From Mytilus californianus (taxonomy: Eukaryota), in contig NW_026262672.1 of the NCBI RefSeq assembly GCF_021869535.1, positions 5,518,001 to 5,582,000 of the forward strand: 64,000 nt of DNA, in the 5' to 3' direction. The notes under the pieces are model-generated. The model had not been told where the DNA came from and made no database searches. It saw only the letters and a list, made by a program, of their open reading frames with translations. Of this stretch, positions 27,534 to 40,960 are shown piece by piece (within the stretch, counting starts at the first letter, position 1; every line of letters begins with the position of its first letter). The position numbers and the translations under genes are program-made.

Positions 27534-29596
27534 ATGCTTTATGGAGAGATAATAGTGATAAAGAGAAGCGGTGTAGATGGAGCACATTTTCCCTTAACTG
27601 TTAAAAACTGTTTGTTTGGAAGGTAATTATAATTAAAGTACTTATATAAAAGAAAATGATTATCTTGAATACCATGCTTCACATGTATATCTCTCTTTCC
27701 CATTTCTTAACTTCGTTTTACTTGAAGCAAATGTTATGAAACTAACGCGCAACGCCTATTACTACAAATGTGAGATTGAGTTTTATTTATTAAATTTTAG
27801 TGTCATCACAAGGTGTTATTGAATTATGTCACTTTATAAAATTTATGCAAGCTGGGGCATCATTCTTCTTTTAATCCCCCCAAGGGTGACTGGGGAATAG
27901 AAGTATGGTCACCATTGGTCTTCCTCCGACCGGCAGTAAAACCCGTGCTAAAGTGGGGCGTCCGTTTGGCTGTGCGGGATGTACAAATTTGCAGCCACGT
28001 CCGGTCAGAATGGGGACGTTAAATCCGATGCCTCGTGTAAAGAGAGTGCCACGCTCTTTGCACGTTAAGAACCCTTGCAACAACTCTTTGAGGGGTCCGT
28101 AGGTGACCTGTTGCAAGGCTAAATTTCTGTCCCTATCCAATATACCCTCATTTCCCGTGGCAGTCTAAATTTCTCCGACCATAATCCCTTAATCTATTAC
28201 AGAACCTACCTATTGTATTTATTGTGAACTTGTTCTCGTCCTGAATATGCATGAAATATTTGCCACTGGACGTTAAGCAACCAACAATCAATCAATCAAT
28301 CTTCTTTTAATCCTCATGGCTTTCTTGACAGAAATTGAAAGGATCTCTATATACATTTTAGTATACATGTAATGTGCATAATGCAAAAAATCATTTATTT
28401 TTTGTTATGCTACAGCAAATACTTTTTTAGAGTTTGTGTGAATTTTACATTTTTTGGGGTACCATTTATAGTAAAATACAGTCGATTTTGAAATGCATGC
28501 AAGGTACAAAATGTATATACAGGATATACTGACAATGACTTTGTCATATTAAAGCACCATTCTTGAAAATTCAGTAACCCAGGGTCAAATAGGGTAGACA
28601 TATATAATTATTATCGGCTTAAAAAGTTTTTGAACTTTATTCTTTGAAAACGCTACAGGCATGTTATGTATTATGCGCTCATGGCGCAGCTGTCTATTTT
28701 CATCATGCTTGAAAATATTGATTGGAAAACTGGTATATAATAGTTTTATCATGTTAGACCAGTTACAGATGAAGTTCGAATTTATTTTTAGTCTGATAAA
28801 TTTGTTCAGAGTTTAAGCCATTGGACTCAAAAAACTCACTTACACAATAAAAAAAATCAGTTTTCAACACTTTTTTTGTCATGCTTGAAGATATTTGTTA
28901 AATAGTTTACACCATGACATGGTATAGATCAAGTTAAAATTTTGTTCTTATACAATGACATTTTAACTGGTAGGGGAGGTAGGGGACTATGTATTACCAT
29001 GCAATACTCACCATGCTTACAGAGTGCTTGTCTTTCATCATGAGTAAAGATTTTTATTTGATATAAATTTGGTATATATGTATAATATAGTCTTAAAATG
29101 AGACGTTACAGATCAAGGATTCAAGTTCCAATTTCGTTTTGGTTAAATTAATTGTTAATGGTAGGGGACTATGTTTTGCCATGCAATACTCTCAGAATGT
29201 ATTCTGGATACTATCCAAGCTGGTCTGTGACCACACTTGTATTTAATGTAATTAAAGGACTAGTTGTAGATTAGATTATTCTGAAATCATAAAAACTAGT
29301 TAGTTTCCCTGCTTGCTGTTAAGGATTATCATTAAGAATGTAGCTTCAGTTAGACCCAAAAGTCAACCCATTATAGTATTAACCATGTAGATTTGTGTAG
29401 TCTTTTTTATATTTTTTTCAGGGGCAAAGATTGTGATATAATAATTAAGCTTCCAAATGTTTCCGGAGAACATTGTAGAATTAATGTATCAGACAATAAA
29501 CAGGTGAATTGTATTTAAAATCTTAGTTAACTAAAACTAGTACCAAACCATGAAACAACAGTACTGATCATGCTGATATATCCAGTGGTGGATCCA

Positions 29597-29629
<33 letters not shown>

Positions 29630-32600
29630 GTTCCGGGGGTTGGAACCCCCCTTTTTTTTGGCCGATCAATGCATTTGAATGGGGACACATAGTTGGAACC
29701 CCCCTTTTTTTGGGCCGATCAGTGCATTTGAATGGGGACATATAGTTGGAACACCCCCTTTTTTTTGGCCAATCAATGCATTTGAATGGGGATATATAGT
29801 TGGAACCCCCTTTGTCATGGGTTGGGAACCCTCCTTTTTTAAAATGGCTGGATCCACCCCTGTATATCGGGTAAAAAAAATATTTGTTTTGTTTTCTGAC
29901 CCTTATGGTTATGACCATAGTTATCGTTGCAAACACTATCATTAAATTAAAGTGTAGATTATCTTCCTAGCATGTCCTAATTTTTATGCCCCACCTGTTA
30001 AGTTATGGTTAAAAATGGAAAATGATAGGGAGAGTAGGACATCTTTGTACTGAGGAAACATTTTCCTTTAGTTTTCATGCCAAATTTTATTCAATTGTAT
30101 ATACAACGAAGTTTAATTTGAATTGTAAAATTAACAACTATAAGTCACTAAACAGACTTCAACAATGTGTCTAATTATAAATCATTCTTCTGTCCAAAAA
30201 TGTTTTATTTTGAAAAAACTCAACTGTATGAAATATGTACTGTTCATTTCTTTTGTAGGTTTTTTTGACAAACTTGAGTATAGATAATCCTGTCTTAGTC
30301 AACTCTTCATATTTTGACAAACCAATAAAATTAAATCATGGAGATGTATTCACCATCATAGACAGATCTTTCCGCTTTGATGAAACAGAGGAATCAAAGA
30401 AGAGCAAATTAAGAAATCCAGACAAAGATTTGAATTTGAACAGACCATCAATCAGGATAGATGATGCACCAAAGGTAATTTGTATTTTTAGTCCCCTACT
30501 GACAAAGTCGAAGTAGACTTTAGGTTTGCACTCTGTCCGTCTGTCGGTCTGTTCATTTGCCAGTACGGCAAATCAGTTTTCTTCACTCTTTTCTTCAGGC
30601 TTGAAGATATTGATTTGATTTTATCATGGCAAGTTACAGATCAAGTTCGAGTTTTGTTTCAGTCTAATGATTTTGTGCAGAGTTATGGTCCTTGGAAAAT
30701 TCACTTAAATAATCAGTGTTCCATACTTTTTAGTCCCCTACTGACGAAGTCACAGGGGACTTTAGGTTTGCACTCTGTCTGTCTGTCCACCCTTCAGGGC
30801 AGCAAATCAGTTTTCCAGGCTTTTTCTTTGTTCTTGAAGATATTGATTTGATATTTGGTATATAGTTTTGGAAAGAGTTCCATATGGCACCCCATGGAAT
30901 AAACTGTAATACATTATTGTGTTCTTTTAGTATGGTGGGGGTGCCATATGGAACTCTTACCGTATTTTAAGCAAAAAGAATAAAATAAAGAAGGGGGATA
31001 GCCAGAATTGATTATTGTATATAATCAAGTTCTTTTTGTTTCTTTGTGTATTTTCTTCGGTCAACTATATGTGTATTCAAGGTATTGGATATTTATTATG
31101 CATGTTTTAACCAGTTGATATTGATGAAAGCTAGGGACTCATAGTTTGCCCTTTTATTGCATCTTAATTTTTCATGATTAAACAACAGCTTGGGTTATGG
31201 CTTCATTGGTTTTTATATAAGTTTTTGAAGAATAATTAAAAAGCAGAAAACAGATGAAAATTAATATTTGGTGCCGAACTGACCAACTTAATGCCGAAAT
31301 GACTTTAAAATAGTTGCCTATTTGATCAGATGCCGATTTGACTTTTTCGATAGGTGCCGATTTAACTTGTACCCTCTGAACAACAGAGAGGATTGAGTGT
31401 ATCCTGTTAAACTGTTGACCCTTCATAGTTCTATTTCCTGGATTTAAAATTTATTATTTTTTTAGCCATATTTTGTCAGTTGCTTACTGCAGGTTGACAG
31501 TTTCCGAAGGCAGGTCTGGTTTCCTCTAAATATAAATCTTCCCAGTTTTTGAATGACTGAATAAAGCATAAATTAATGTTCTCAATGAATTCTATTTAAA
31601 CTATAATACAAGACACTAAGAAATAATATGAGGTGAAGACACAATTATAAGGGCTATTCCAGAAATGTCTGTATGGGGAGGGCGGAGGCACATTAATAAA
31701 AAAAAATTGCATGGGCTACTTCACATATTTTCCCAATCAAAACTTACAATTAAGGAAAAATGAATTAAAATTTTATTCAAATAAAAAGTGCATTTTCCTC
31801 CCAATAAAATCAATTCTGGAATAGCCCTTAGTGAGACTTGCAATAAGAATAACATTGAACATGGGAAGGGGTGAAGCAAGCCATGTCATATAAAATCTGC
31901 AAAAAAAAATCATATTAATTTTCAATTTTTGAGGAAAAATTTAGATGAGCTACTAAAAATGGACTTAACATGAAGAATAAGAGGTCAAAATTTACTCCGA
32001 ACAGCCCAGATACCACCCCCTGCAATCTAGAAATTTTCCGGCTTTACGAGAAGGGGGGATACCCCCTCTCGAACTCACCCCCCCTTTTGCCTCTGCGACG
32101 CTTGGTTCGGGCCTTGCGGCCCTCGTGATTGCCTGCTACTTTTATGTTTCTTCCTTTTATTCAAAAAATTATTGAGAACACTGATGTTATATACCTTCTG
32201 CAGTGTCGATGTGGCATGCAGTATGTTGGCGAGACAGAACAGCTATTCAACAAACGCATGAATGGTCATCAAAATGACTACACCTGCAAGCCCTACCTCC
32301 CTGTGAGTCGTCATTTAAGATCACCTAGGCACGCCCAAACTGATCTTAAAAACCTTACCATCACAATCATAGACCACAGTGAGGGTTGGTCAAGGGCCGA
32401 AAGACTTGCTCAGGAAAGATTTTGTGTAAGAAAGCTAAGGACAGTTTCCCCAACAGGCATAAATGAAAAAAAATAGAATGAGTCACTCATTTTTCTACCA
32501 TCATCACTCATTTTCCAGACATCACTTGTTTCCAGTAACTCCGGCTTCCTTACTTGACTCCTACAGTGTTAGGGAAGTTTTTGAATTATACTAGTTGAAA

Positions 32601-35600
32601 TATCATGGTCAAGGTATTTTTATTTCATTTTTTTAGTAGGTAGTTTGTGATGAAGTGTAAGTCCAATCAACTTGAAACTTAGTACACATGTTCCCTTTGC
32701 TATGATCTTTTTAATTTTAATGCAAAATTAGAGTTTTTACCACAGTTTCACGGTCCATTAAACATAGAAAATGATTGTGCACGTGGGGCATCCGTGTGCT
32801 TGGGACACATTCTTGTTATTTTTGGCATGTCTTTGAGTCGTTTTTTAGAAATTTTAAAATAGTACAAGCAAATCTATATATGATGTTCTGGTAAAACTGT
32901 TTAACTTTCTTTATTGTAAAGAATTCAAGATTGCTATAGTTTAACAATCAAAATAGATTGATATATCAGATTCATTTTACTTCGTGATCATACTGATGAA
33001 GGACATCTGTTAACTGAAATAATTAACATTTGTTAATTAATTGTTATTTTATGGTGATCTTGTATCCTTTTAGACTGGTTATATATATTTATATGTACAA
33101 AATCATTAATGCTACTTATATTTCCTTTTAGTCTTTGAAAAGTAAAAGTAAAAAGAAGTCAAAAGAAGAAGTGAAGTCTAGAAGCAAAAGACGTCGTATG
33201 CTGAAGAAACAAAAGTAAGAATTAACATCCAACATGTTTATACTTGCCTCCTCAAAAAGTAACTGTTATATTGTGGCTTATGAAATATCACTTCATTGAA
33301 TTGATACCTAATACTAATGAATAAAAACAAAAATTAAACTTCCACACTATCCTGAATACAATGTAGTTGTTCATGATCATCTATCACTACGGCCTACTTT
33401 TCAGGGAGTTTGTTTACTGTTTTTTTGAGAAATAATAATAACATATGATTACAAATAAAAAAAAAAATTTGAAATTATCAATTTTTTTTGTCTGGAAAAA
33501 ATCCTGTGAAATGCAAGACAAAGGGAATTTGCAACTCAGTTACTATTCGTATAAAGCTTTATATTGAAGAAGATGTGGCATGAGTGCCAATGAGACAACT
33601 CTCCATCCAAGTCACGATTTATAAAAATAAACCATTATAGGCAAAAGAAGGGTCTTCACCACTAAGCTTTGACTAACACTGAACAGCTAGCTAAAAAGGT
33701 CCCCAAAATTTACTAGTGTAAAACCCATTCAAACAGGAAAAACCAAGGGTCTTATCTATATAAAAAACAAGAAAAACTAATGAACCACACCAACAAACGA
33801 CAACTATTAAACATCAGATTCCTGACTTGGGACATGTGCCAACAATAACAGGGGGTTTAAATGTTTTAATGGTACCAAACCTTTACCCTTATCTGAAACA
33901 ATAGTGTAACATCACAACATAGAAAGACACCTTATAAAATATCAATTGAAATGGCTTAAATCAAAAGACATATTAACACAAGTGAACATACACTGAACAA
34001 ATAAATTTGATCTATGATACAATGTAAACAATTAAATAAATCAAATTAGTTAGTCCGTCCAGTTTCAGGTTAAAATTTTGGTAAAAGATTTTAGTCAAGG
34101 TAGTTTTGATGAAGTTGATCATGAATTCCAATCAACTTGAACTTTGTGACTTCAACTTGAAACTCTGTATTCATGTTCACCATGATATGATCTCTCTTAA
34201 TTGAATGAAACTACCAATAGCATGAATAAAGGAAGGGAACAAGAAACTGCTGTAGGAGACTTGCTGTCCCAAGGATTTCAAGAAAAAAATGTTTCTGCCT
34301 AGTTGGTCAGCTTGTTACATGTATAAGACAAACAACCAAAACTGATTCTGACATGCCCATTTCAGTTATTGTTACTAATTATAAAGATACCAGTTTTTGT
34401 CTCGCCTTGACGGAGTCAAAAAGCGAGACATAGGTATGCGTCAACAATGTATTAGTTTGTGATAAGGTCTAGTTCATGGTGAACCACTAGTGGTAGGTCA
34501 ATGATATTTGGTATGCAGTTGTATTAGCATTGGCACATCTCATTACCTTGGAGATTATTTGGCCCCGCCGCCTCAGTCAAGGTCTATTGACTTTGAAACT
34601 TTTCATAGTTTACATGTATTAGTTTGTGATTAGGTCAATTTATGGGGAACCACTAGTGGTAGGTCAATGATATTTGGTATGCAGTTGTATAAGCATTGGC
34701 ACATCTCATTACCATGGAGATTATTTGGCCCCGCCCCCTCAGTCAAGGTCTATTGACTTTGAAACTTTTCATAGTTTACTTGTATTAGTTTGTAATTAGG
34801 TCAATTTATGGGGAACCACTAGTGGTAGGTCAATAATATTTGGTATGCAGTTGTATAAGTATTGGCATATCTCATTTCCATGGAGATTTTTTGGCTCTGC
34901 CCCCTTAGTCATGGTCTATAGACTTTGAAAATTTTGCTAAGTTAACATGTATTAGTTTGTGATTAGGTCAGTTCAAGGGGAACCATTAGTGGTAGGCCAA
35001 TGTTAATTGGTGTTCAGTTGTATAAGCATTAGCACATCTCATTTCCATGGAGAATATTTGGCCCCCGCCCCCTCAGTCATGGTCTATTTAACTTTTGAAA
35101 CTTTTGCTGAGTTTACATGTATTAGTTTGTGATTAGATCAGTTTAAGATGAACTGCTAATGTTAAGTCAATTATATTTGGTATGCAAATTTATTGGCATT
35201 TGCAAGTATCGTTTCCATGGAGATTATATAGCCCCACCCCTGATAATGGTTCATTGACTTTTAAACTTTTACATAGTTTACAAGTTAATGTTTGTGTTTA
35301 GGTTTGTTTAAAGGGAAAGACTTATAATAAGTCAATGGTATTTGGTATGCAGTTGTATTAGCATTAGCAAATCTCATTCCATGGAGATTGTTTAGCCATG
35401 TACCTTCAGTCATGGTTCATCGACTTTGAATATTTGCATAACTTACATGTTAAAGTATTGCTATTTTAATTTCAACATTTGCATTATCAAAATTACAAAA
35501 AAGCGAGACATATCTCTGTGATAACAGTTTATATTCTTTTTACTTAAGAGTTGTAAAGGACAAATGTTAACCATTCACTTTTATTTCAGATATTGGGAAC

Positions 35601-35818
35601 AAAGAGAAAAAGAAGGGGAAAATGACAATATAGATGTAGTTGAAAATGATAAAAATAGACAAATAGCAGGAACAGAAAGAAAACCTAGTGATGATAACTT
35701 TTATGTGGACATGTTTAAAGATCCATTATTTTCGAAAATGGTGACATACCAAAAGGCTAAAAGATTATCCTTAGCTTTGAAAGAAAAAGGACAGAAAAAT
35801 ATTGATATTTTAGAATAG
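27534..35818 (+). CDS. MKI67-like: Predicted 5-exon gene (232 aa): Ki-67-type FHA domain, basic NLS-like segment and short tail
   Basis: Exons 27534-27622 (MLYGEIIVIKRSGVDGAHFPLTVKNCLFG-R), 29422-29503 (GKDCDIIIKLPNVSGEHCRINVSDNKQ), 30259-30474 (VFLTNLSIDNPVLVN..LNHGDVFTIIDRSFRFD..), 33132-33214 (SLKSKSKKKSKEEVKSRSKRRRMLKKQK) and 35590-35818. All introns are GT-AG with phases 2,0,0,2; 699 nt with no internal stop. The N-terminus closely matches the Ki-67 FHA sequence as I recall it. Exons 4-5 are less certain than exons 1-3. Confidence 0.85.
27878..28299 (+). mobile_element. SINE-like retroposon copy 5, in an intron of the FHA gene
   Basis: TSD TCTTCTTTTAATCC at 27864-27877 and 28300-28313. 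Confidence 0.9.
29583..29862. mobile_element. MITE with CAG(T/G)GG(T/C)GGATCCAG TIRs
   Basis: Inverted termini, TATATC on both flanks and internal repeats of about 55 bp. An opposite-orientation relative lies at 55677-55822. Confidence 0.75.
30874..30964. repeat. Short foldback/MITE remnant
   Basis: AGAGTTCCATATGGCACCCC and its reverse complement about 50 bp apart. Confidence 0.7.
31648..31830. mobile_element. MITE with 17-bp TIRs
   Basis: TAAGGGCTATTCCAGAA ... TTCTGGAATAGCCCTTA. Confidence 0.8.
32170..32476 (+). pseudogene. GIY-YIG endonuclease, 3' fragment of a Penelope-like element
   Basis: DVIYLLQCRCGMQYVGET...RMNGH...H...RLAQE...LRTVSPTGIN matches the C-terminal GIY-YIG pattern of Penelope-like elements. 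Confidence 0.8.
34394..35536 (+). mobile_element. HINE-like element with an internal array of about 150-bp units
   Basis: TTTTTGTCTCGC/AAGCGAGACA sub-inverted repeats at both ends. The unit containing GGAACCACTAGTGGTAGGTCAAT is repeated about 6 times. Confidence 0.7.
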
Positions 35819-36173
35819 AAATTTATTCAGTTTGGATTTATATATAGTTTTATGTTGCAAGTGTTTTTTATTTTTCTATTTTCTTTTTATAAACCCATAA
35901 TCAAAATCTACCTTTAATAGTCAAGTGGATTGTAAATAGGAATTATTTGATTTCATGTATAAGCAATGAATTTTATATATATTTTGAGATAAAATTTCTG
36001 CCCTTATTTTTGGTACCAAAGATATGAATAAGATTCTAGAGAGCATGCACATTGACTACTAGTGAAGCAGCTACTTGTATTCAAGAAAGCTTGCACATTG
36101 GTTTATTATACAGTGAAGCAGCTACTAGAATACTTAATTCATAATTTTGAATCAAAACTTTATTGCATGTTTC

Positions 36174-39059
36174 ATGGCAGAAAAAGCAAAGCGTCCAAGA
36201 AAATCTTGCCCTAAATGTTATACAGTTTTCTCAGACAAACATGCTCGTAGACATCTACTTGAATGTAACGTTCAATTTTGTGAAAGTGAAGTACCTCAAT
36301 CTGATAACGAAAATATACCTGTATCAAGTGTGGAAAATAACACATCAGATTATCAAAATGATATCAGTGATGATGAACATGAAATAAATTATAATTGTAT
36401 GAATAAATTCAGAAATTTATCAAATATATCTCATAATAATTTAGAAGATGAGGACATTGAAAGCTACTTTGATAGATGTGAAGATAATCTGAACGATTCA
36501 TATAGTTCTGATAATTACTCAGATGTAGAGTTTGATATTGATTGTGATGAAAGTATTGGTGTAGATCAAGAACATAATTCAGAGTCCGATATATCTCGGA
36601 TTACTTATTGGTTTTGTAAACTTTTATTATTATGGCAATGTATTTATTATATATCAGATGCAGCTATTTGTTTTCTTTTGAACATTTTAGCAACATTTTT
36701 TAAACTGTTGTCTGTGAATTCAGATGTTTGTTCTAAAGTACAAAATGTTTTCCCCAAAAACATGTACCAGTTGTCTAAACTTTTGAAGAGTAATATGTTA
36801 GATTTTAAACAATATGTTGTTTGTACCAACTGCTATTCATTGTATGAATTCGAAGATTGTTATCATATTGTTGAAGGTTCAAAAGTCTCTAAAAAGTGCT
36901 CTTTTATAGAGTTTCCTAATCATAGACTTCCTTATTTAAGAAAAAGATGTAATCAGCCTCTTTTAATGGAAATTAAAAGTGAACCTTCAAAAATATTAGC
37001 CCCTTACAAAATATACTGTTACAAATCTATTGAGTCAAGCTTAAGTTATTGTGTTAAAAGACAACATTTTGAAGACTTATGTGAACAATGGCGATTGAGA
37101 GAAACAAGAGAAGATATTATGTATGACATTTATGATGGAAAATTATGGGATGATTTTAATGGAAAAAAATATAATTTTTTTACAAAAGAGGATAATTATG
37201 GTTGCATTTTAACTGTTGATTGGTTTCAACCATACAAACATACTCATTGTTCTATAGGTGTCATGTACATAGCATTTTTTAATCTTCCACGAGATCAAAG
37301 ATTTAGAAGAGAAAATGTTTTACTAGTTGGTGTTATTCCGGATATGAAAACAGAGCCTAAGACAAACACCTTTGTTACCCCTCTTGTTCAAGAGCTAAAG
37401 AAGTCTTGGTCAGATGGTTTTCAATTGTTTTCAAATAAGTCACCTTTGATATTGAAATGCTTTAAACTTGCACTCATATGTGTTGGATGTGACATTCCTG
37501 CTAGTAGAAAGCTGTGTGGTTTCCTTGGACATGCAGCAACCTCAGGTTGCAACAAATGTAAAAAGAAATTCCCAGGAACTGTAGGTGAAAAAAATTATGG
37601 TGGTTTTGATAGATTAGAATGGCCGTCCAGAGACAACGAAAGTCATCGTCAAGAATGTGGTTTTATAAATAATTCTACTAGCAAGGGAGATAAAGAAAAC
37701 ATTGAACGTCAGTTTGGTACAAGATATTCTGCATTGCTTGAGCTTGAATACTTTGATCCAGTAAGAATGACAGCAATTGATCCAATGCATAACTTATTTT
37801 AAGGAACAGCAAAACACATGCTTTCTGTATGGAAGACAAAGAAATTATTATGTGATGACGACTTTAAAAAAATTCAGACAAAACTGGATCCATTTGAATG
37901 TCCCTCAGATGTAGGGAGACTACCTAAGAAATTTGCTTCATCTTATGGGTCATTTAATGCAGATCAGTACAAAAATTGGACCCTATTGTTTTCTATTTAT
38001 GCTTTAACTGATTTATTGCCAAAGGAACACCTTGAATGCTGGAGAAAGTTTGTGTTAGCATGTAGACGGTTGTGTTCAATGTTTATAAGTGTTGGTAATG
38101 CAAAAGTTGCAGATAGATTGCTAAATGACTTTTGTAAAAAATTTGAACAATTGTATGGGCAAGATTTTGTCACACCAAATATGCACCTTCATGGGCATTT
38201 ATATGATTGTATAATAGATTTTGGACCAGTATATTCTTCCTGGCTTTTTAGTTTTGAAAGAGAAAATGGTATATTAGGCTCTTACAAAACTAATAAAAAA
38301 AACATAGAGACTCAATTAATGAGGAGATTTTTAAAAGAGTCTTTTGCAAGGGAAAAAGAATTCCAAATGGATGAAAAATTTATGTCTTTATTCAATGATA
38401 TGTCAAATACTACAAGGGAGAGGGGTACATTAAATGATGTTTCTGTTTCTTTGAAACCAAGCGTTCTCGATATGTCATCACAATATGTACCTGTAAAAGA
38501 AGTATGTTGGGATTTATCAGATAACATTTTTGTTCCTAAAATGAAGGATGCTGTTCTGAGTGATTGTGAAATAAGACTGTTAAGCCAAATGTATTCAACA
38601 CTGTATCAGTATGATTTTATTGTTTGTCCCTCTGTCAAAGTGTGCAAAAACTTGTATTTAAATGGAACATTGCTTGGTTGCAAAATGAGCAGAAGTGTTA
38701 GATCATCCTATATTTTAGCTTATTGGTGTAATAACGAAGGGACAATTGATACTGACAATTTTGATTTATCTCCTCATCCAGGACAAATTGTACAAATGTA
38801 TAAGCATAGTATTATTGTAAATGGAGAAACAAAGACACATTTTTTAGCGAAAGTAAATTGGTACAAGAATTTACCTGCTTCTGTACAGCACTATAATGGT
38901 AAACCGATTGAAATATGGTCTTCAGAATTATTTGTTCAAGAAGGGCCTGCTTTATTTATACCAGTCCACAGAATTAAATGTAGGTTTGTTCATGCGAAAG
39001 CAAAATTTAACAGCAGAAATGTAATTATTGTTGCACCAAGAGAGCGTCATATTTTATGA
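36174..39059 (+). pseudogene. CACTA/EnSpm (Transposase_21-like) transposase, about 961 aa, with one in-frame TAA at 37800-37802
   Basis: Motifs DIYDGKLW, LTVDWFQP, NLPRDQRFRRENVLLVGVIP, GCDIPASRKLCGF, IDPMHNLF*GTAKH (normally HNLFLG), PNMHLHGHL and WLFSFERENGILG. The two ORFs are in the same frame. Confidence 0.9.
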
Positions 39060-40119
39060 ATATGGATCCAGTTATAATGATACAATCTGTAATCATATTG
39101 TTTTACTTTGTACAAAAAAATACAACTATTTAAGAAAATTGATTATATGACAATGTCAAAATTACAATATTTTCTTGTCATGATTCCTTTATTTAATTTC
39201 ATGAATGTGTCATGACTCTTTTGTGTTTTTTAAAGGAAGTACTTTTTATGGAGTGTATTTGATTATTGTAGATATTTATGATGTTATGAGTATTCTTTTT
39301 GTATTGGGTATTAAGAATAAGTGTCTTAATGCAGTGTGTTGTACTAATCTTACATGCCAGTTATTGCTTTGAAACAGTAAAATGTAAACAAATTAAACAT
39401 TAAGTTTACTATTAAATAAACAATTTCGTTACACTTATTGTAGTTATTTATATACCACTGCTAATTATTTATGTTTGTTTGTTTAAAAAAGCTTGAGTTC
39501 ATGCATGGTTCTTCTAACCAGGTGTTATACATGTATCATCAAATCATACAAATTTTTAATAAACTATTTGATCACTACAGATCATTACTTAGGGAAAATC
39601 CTTTCAAATATATAAAGATGTGTAAATTTTATCACGTAACAAAGTATCGGAGAAAGGTCAAATGTTTTCTCAACAGTTTAAGATAGTGAAGTAGATTTAT
39701 ACTCTTTCAGCGAAACATCCTGTAGACAATGGTATTAGAGAGTTTTGCTGAGATTGGTTTATAGACACGACTATTTATAAAAGGTTAAATAACTTTCAGT
39801 TCAGGACGAGATGGACCTATTAAATCGCTATGAAAACATATATGAATTTGAATGATCTTTGTTCTCTTGTGCTCAAACATTGAATGTGATTGTCTTTTGT
39901 TTTACACTTAAAAATACACAGAGTGAATCAAACATGTTCCTTATTAAATATTTCAACATGCACAAAATGCCACGTTTGCATGTCATCCCATATAAATGTA
40001 GACAAAAAGTGGGGTATAATGTTTTTGTCCTCTGTATTTACATGTACAGAAAGTTACAGATGACTTCCCGCTCAAATTTTACATTCGGTCATAATTTTGG
40101 GGGGGGGTCATAAATAGTT

Positions 40120-40960
40120 TACCTATACCTTTTGACGTGCATAAAATGTCACAGAAAGTCGGTCCTATACATTTTGACATTCAAAAAATATCCAAGGTTG
40201 TCTATTCTATACCTTTTGACACGCACAAAATGTCAAAGATTGTCTGTCCTTTACCTTTAGACATGCACAAAATGTGAAAGGTTGTCTGTCCTATACCTTT
40301 TAACTTGCACACAATGTGAAAGGTTGTCTGTCCTATACCTTTTGACGTGCATAAAATGTCACAGAAAGTCTTTCCTATACATTTTGACATTTACAAAATG
40401 TCAAAGGTTGTCTGTCCTATACCTTTTGACATGCACAAAATGTCAAAGGTTGTCTGTTCTATACCTTTTGATATGCATAAAATGTCAAAGGTTGTCTGTT
40501 TTATACCTTTTGACATGCACAAAAGTCAAAGGTTGTCTGTCCTATACCTTTTGATATGCATAAAATGTCAAAGGTTGTCTGTCCTATACCTTTTGACATG
40601 CACAAAATGTCAAAGGTTGTCTGTTCTATACCTTTTGATATGCATAAAATGTCAAAGGTTGTCTGTTCTATACATTTTGACATGCACAAAAGTCAAAGGT
40701 TGTCTGTCCTATACCTTTTGATATGCATAAAATGTCAAAGGTTGTCTGTCCTATACCTTTTGACATGCACAAAATGTCAAATGTTGTCTGTCCTATACCT
40801 TTTGATATGCATAAAATGTCAAAGGTTGTCTATTCTATACCTTTTGACATGCACAAAATGTCAAAGGTTGTCTGTCGATTACATTTCAAGGTTCACAAAA
40901 TGTCAAAGATGGTCTTTTGTTTACATTTCAACTTACCAAAATGTCAAAGATGGTATTTTG
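40120..40960. repeat. Right subterminal tandem array (42 bp x about 20)
   Basis: Unit AAAATGTCAAAGGTTGTCTGTCCTATACCTTTTGA(C/T)ATGCA(C/T), containing an inverted pair of the TGTCAAA(A)GG motif. Confidence 0.95.

Noticed and set aside
40120-40960. CRISPR-like regular repeat array
   Set aside because: There are no unique spacers, and the context is a eukaryotic transposon.
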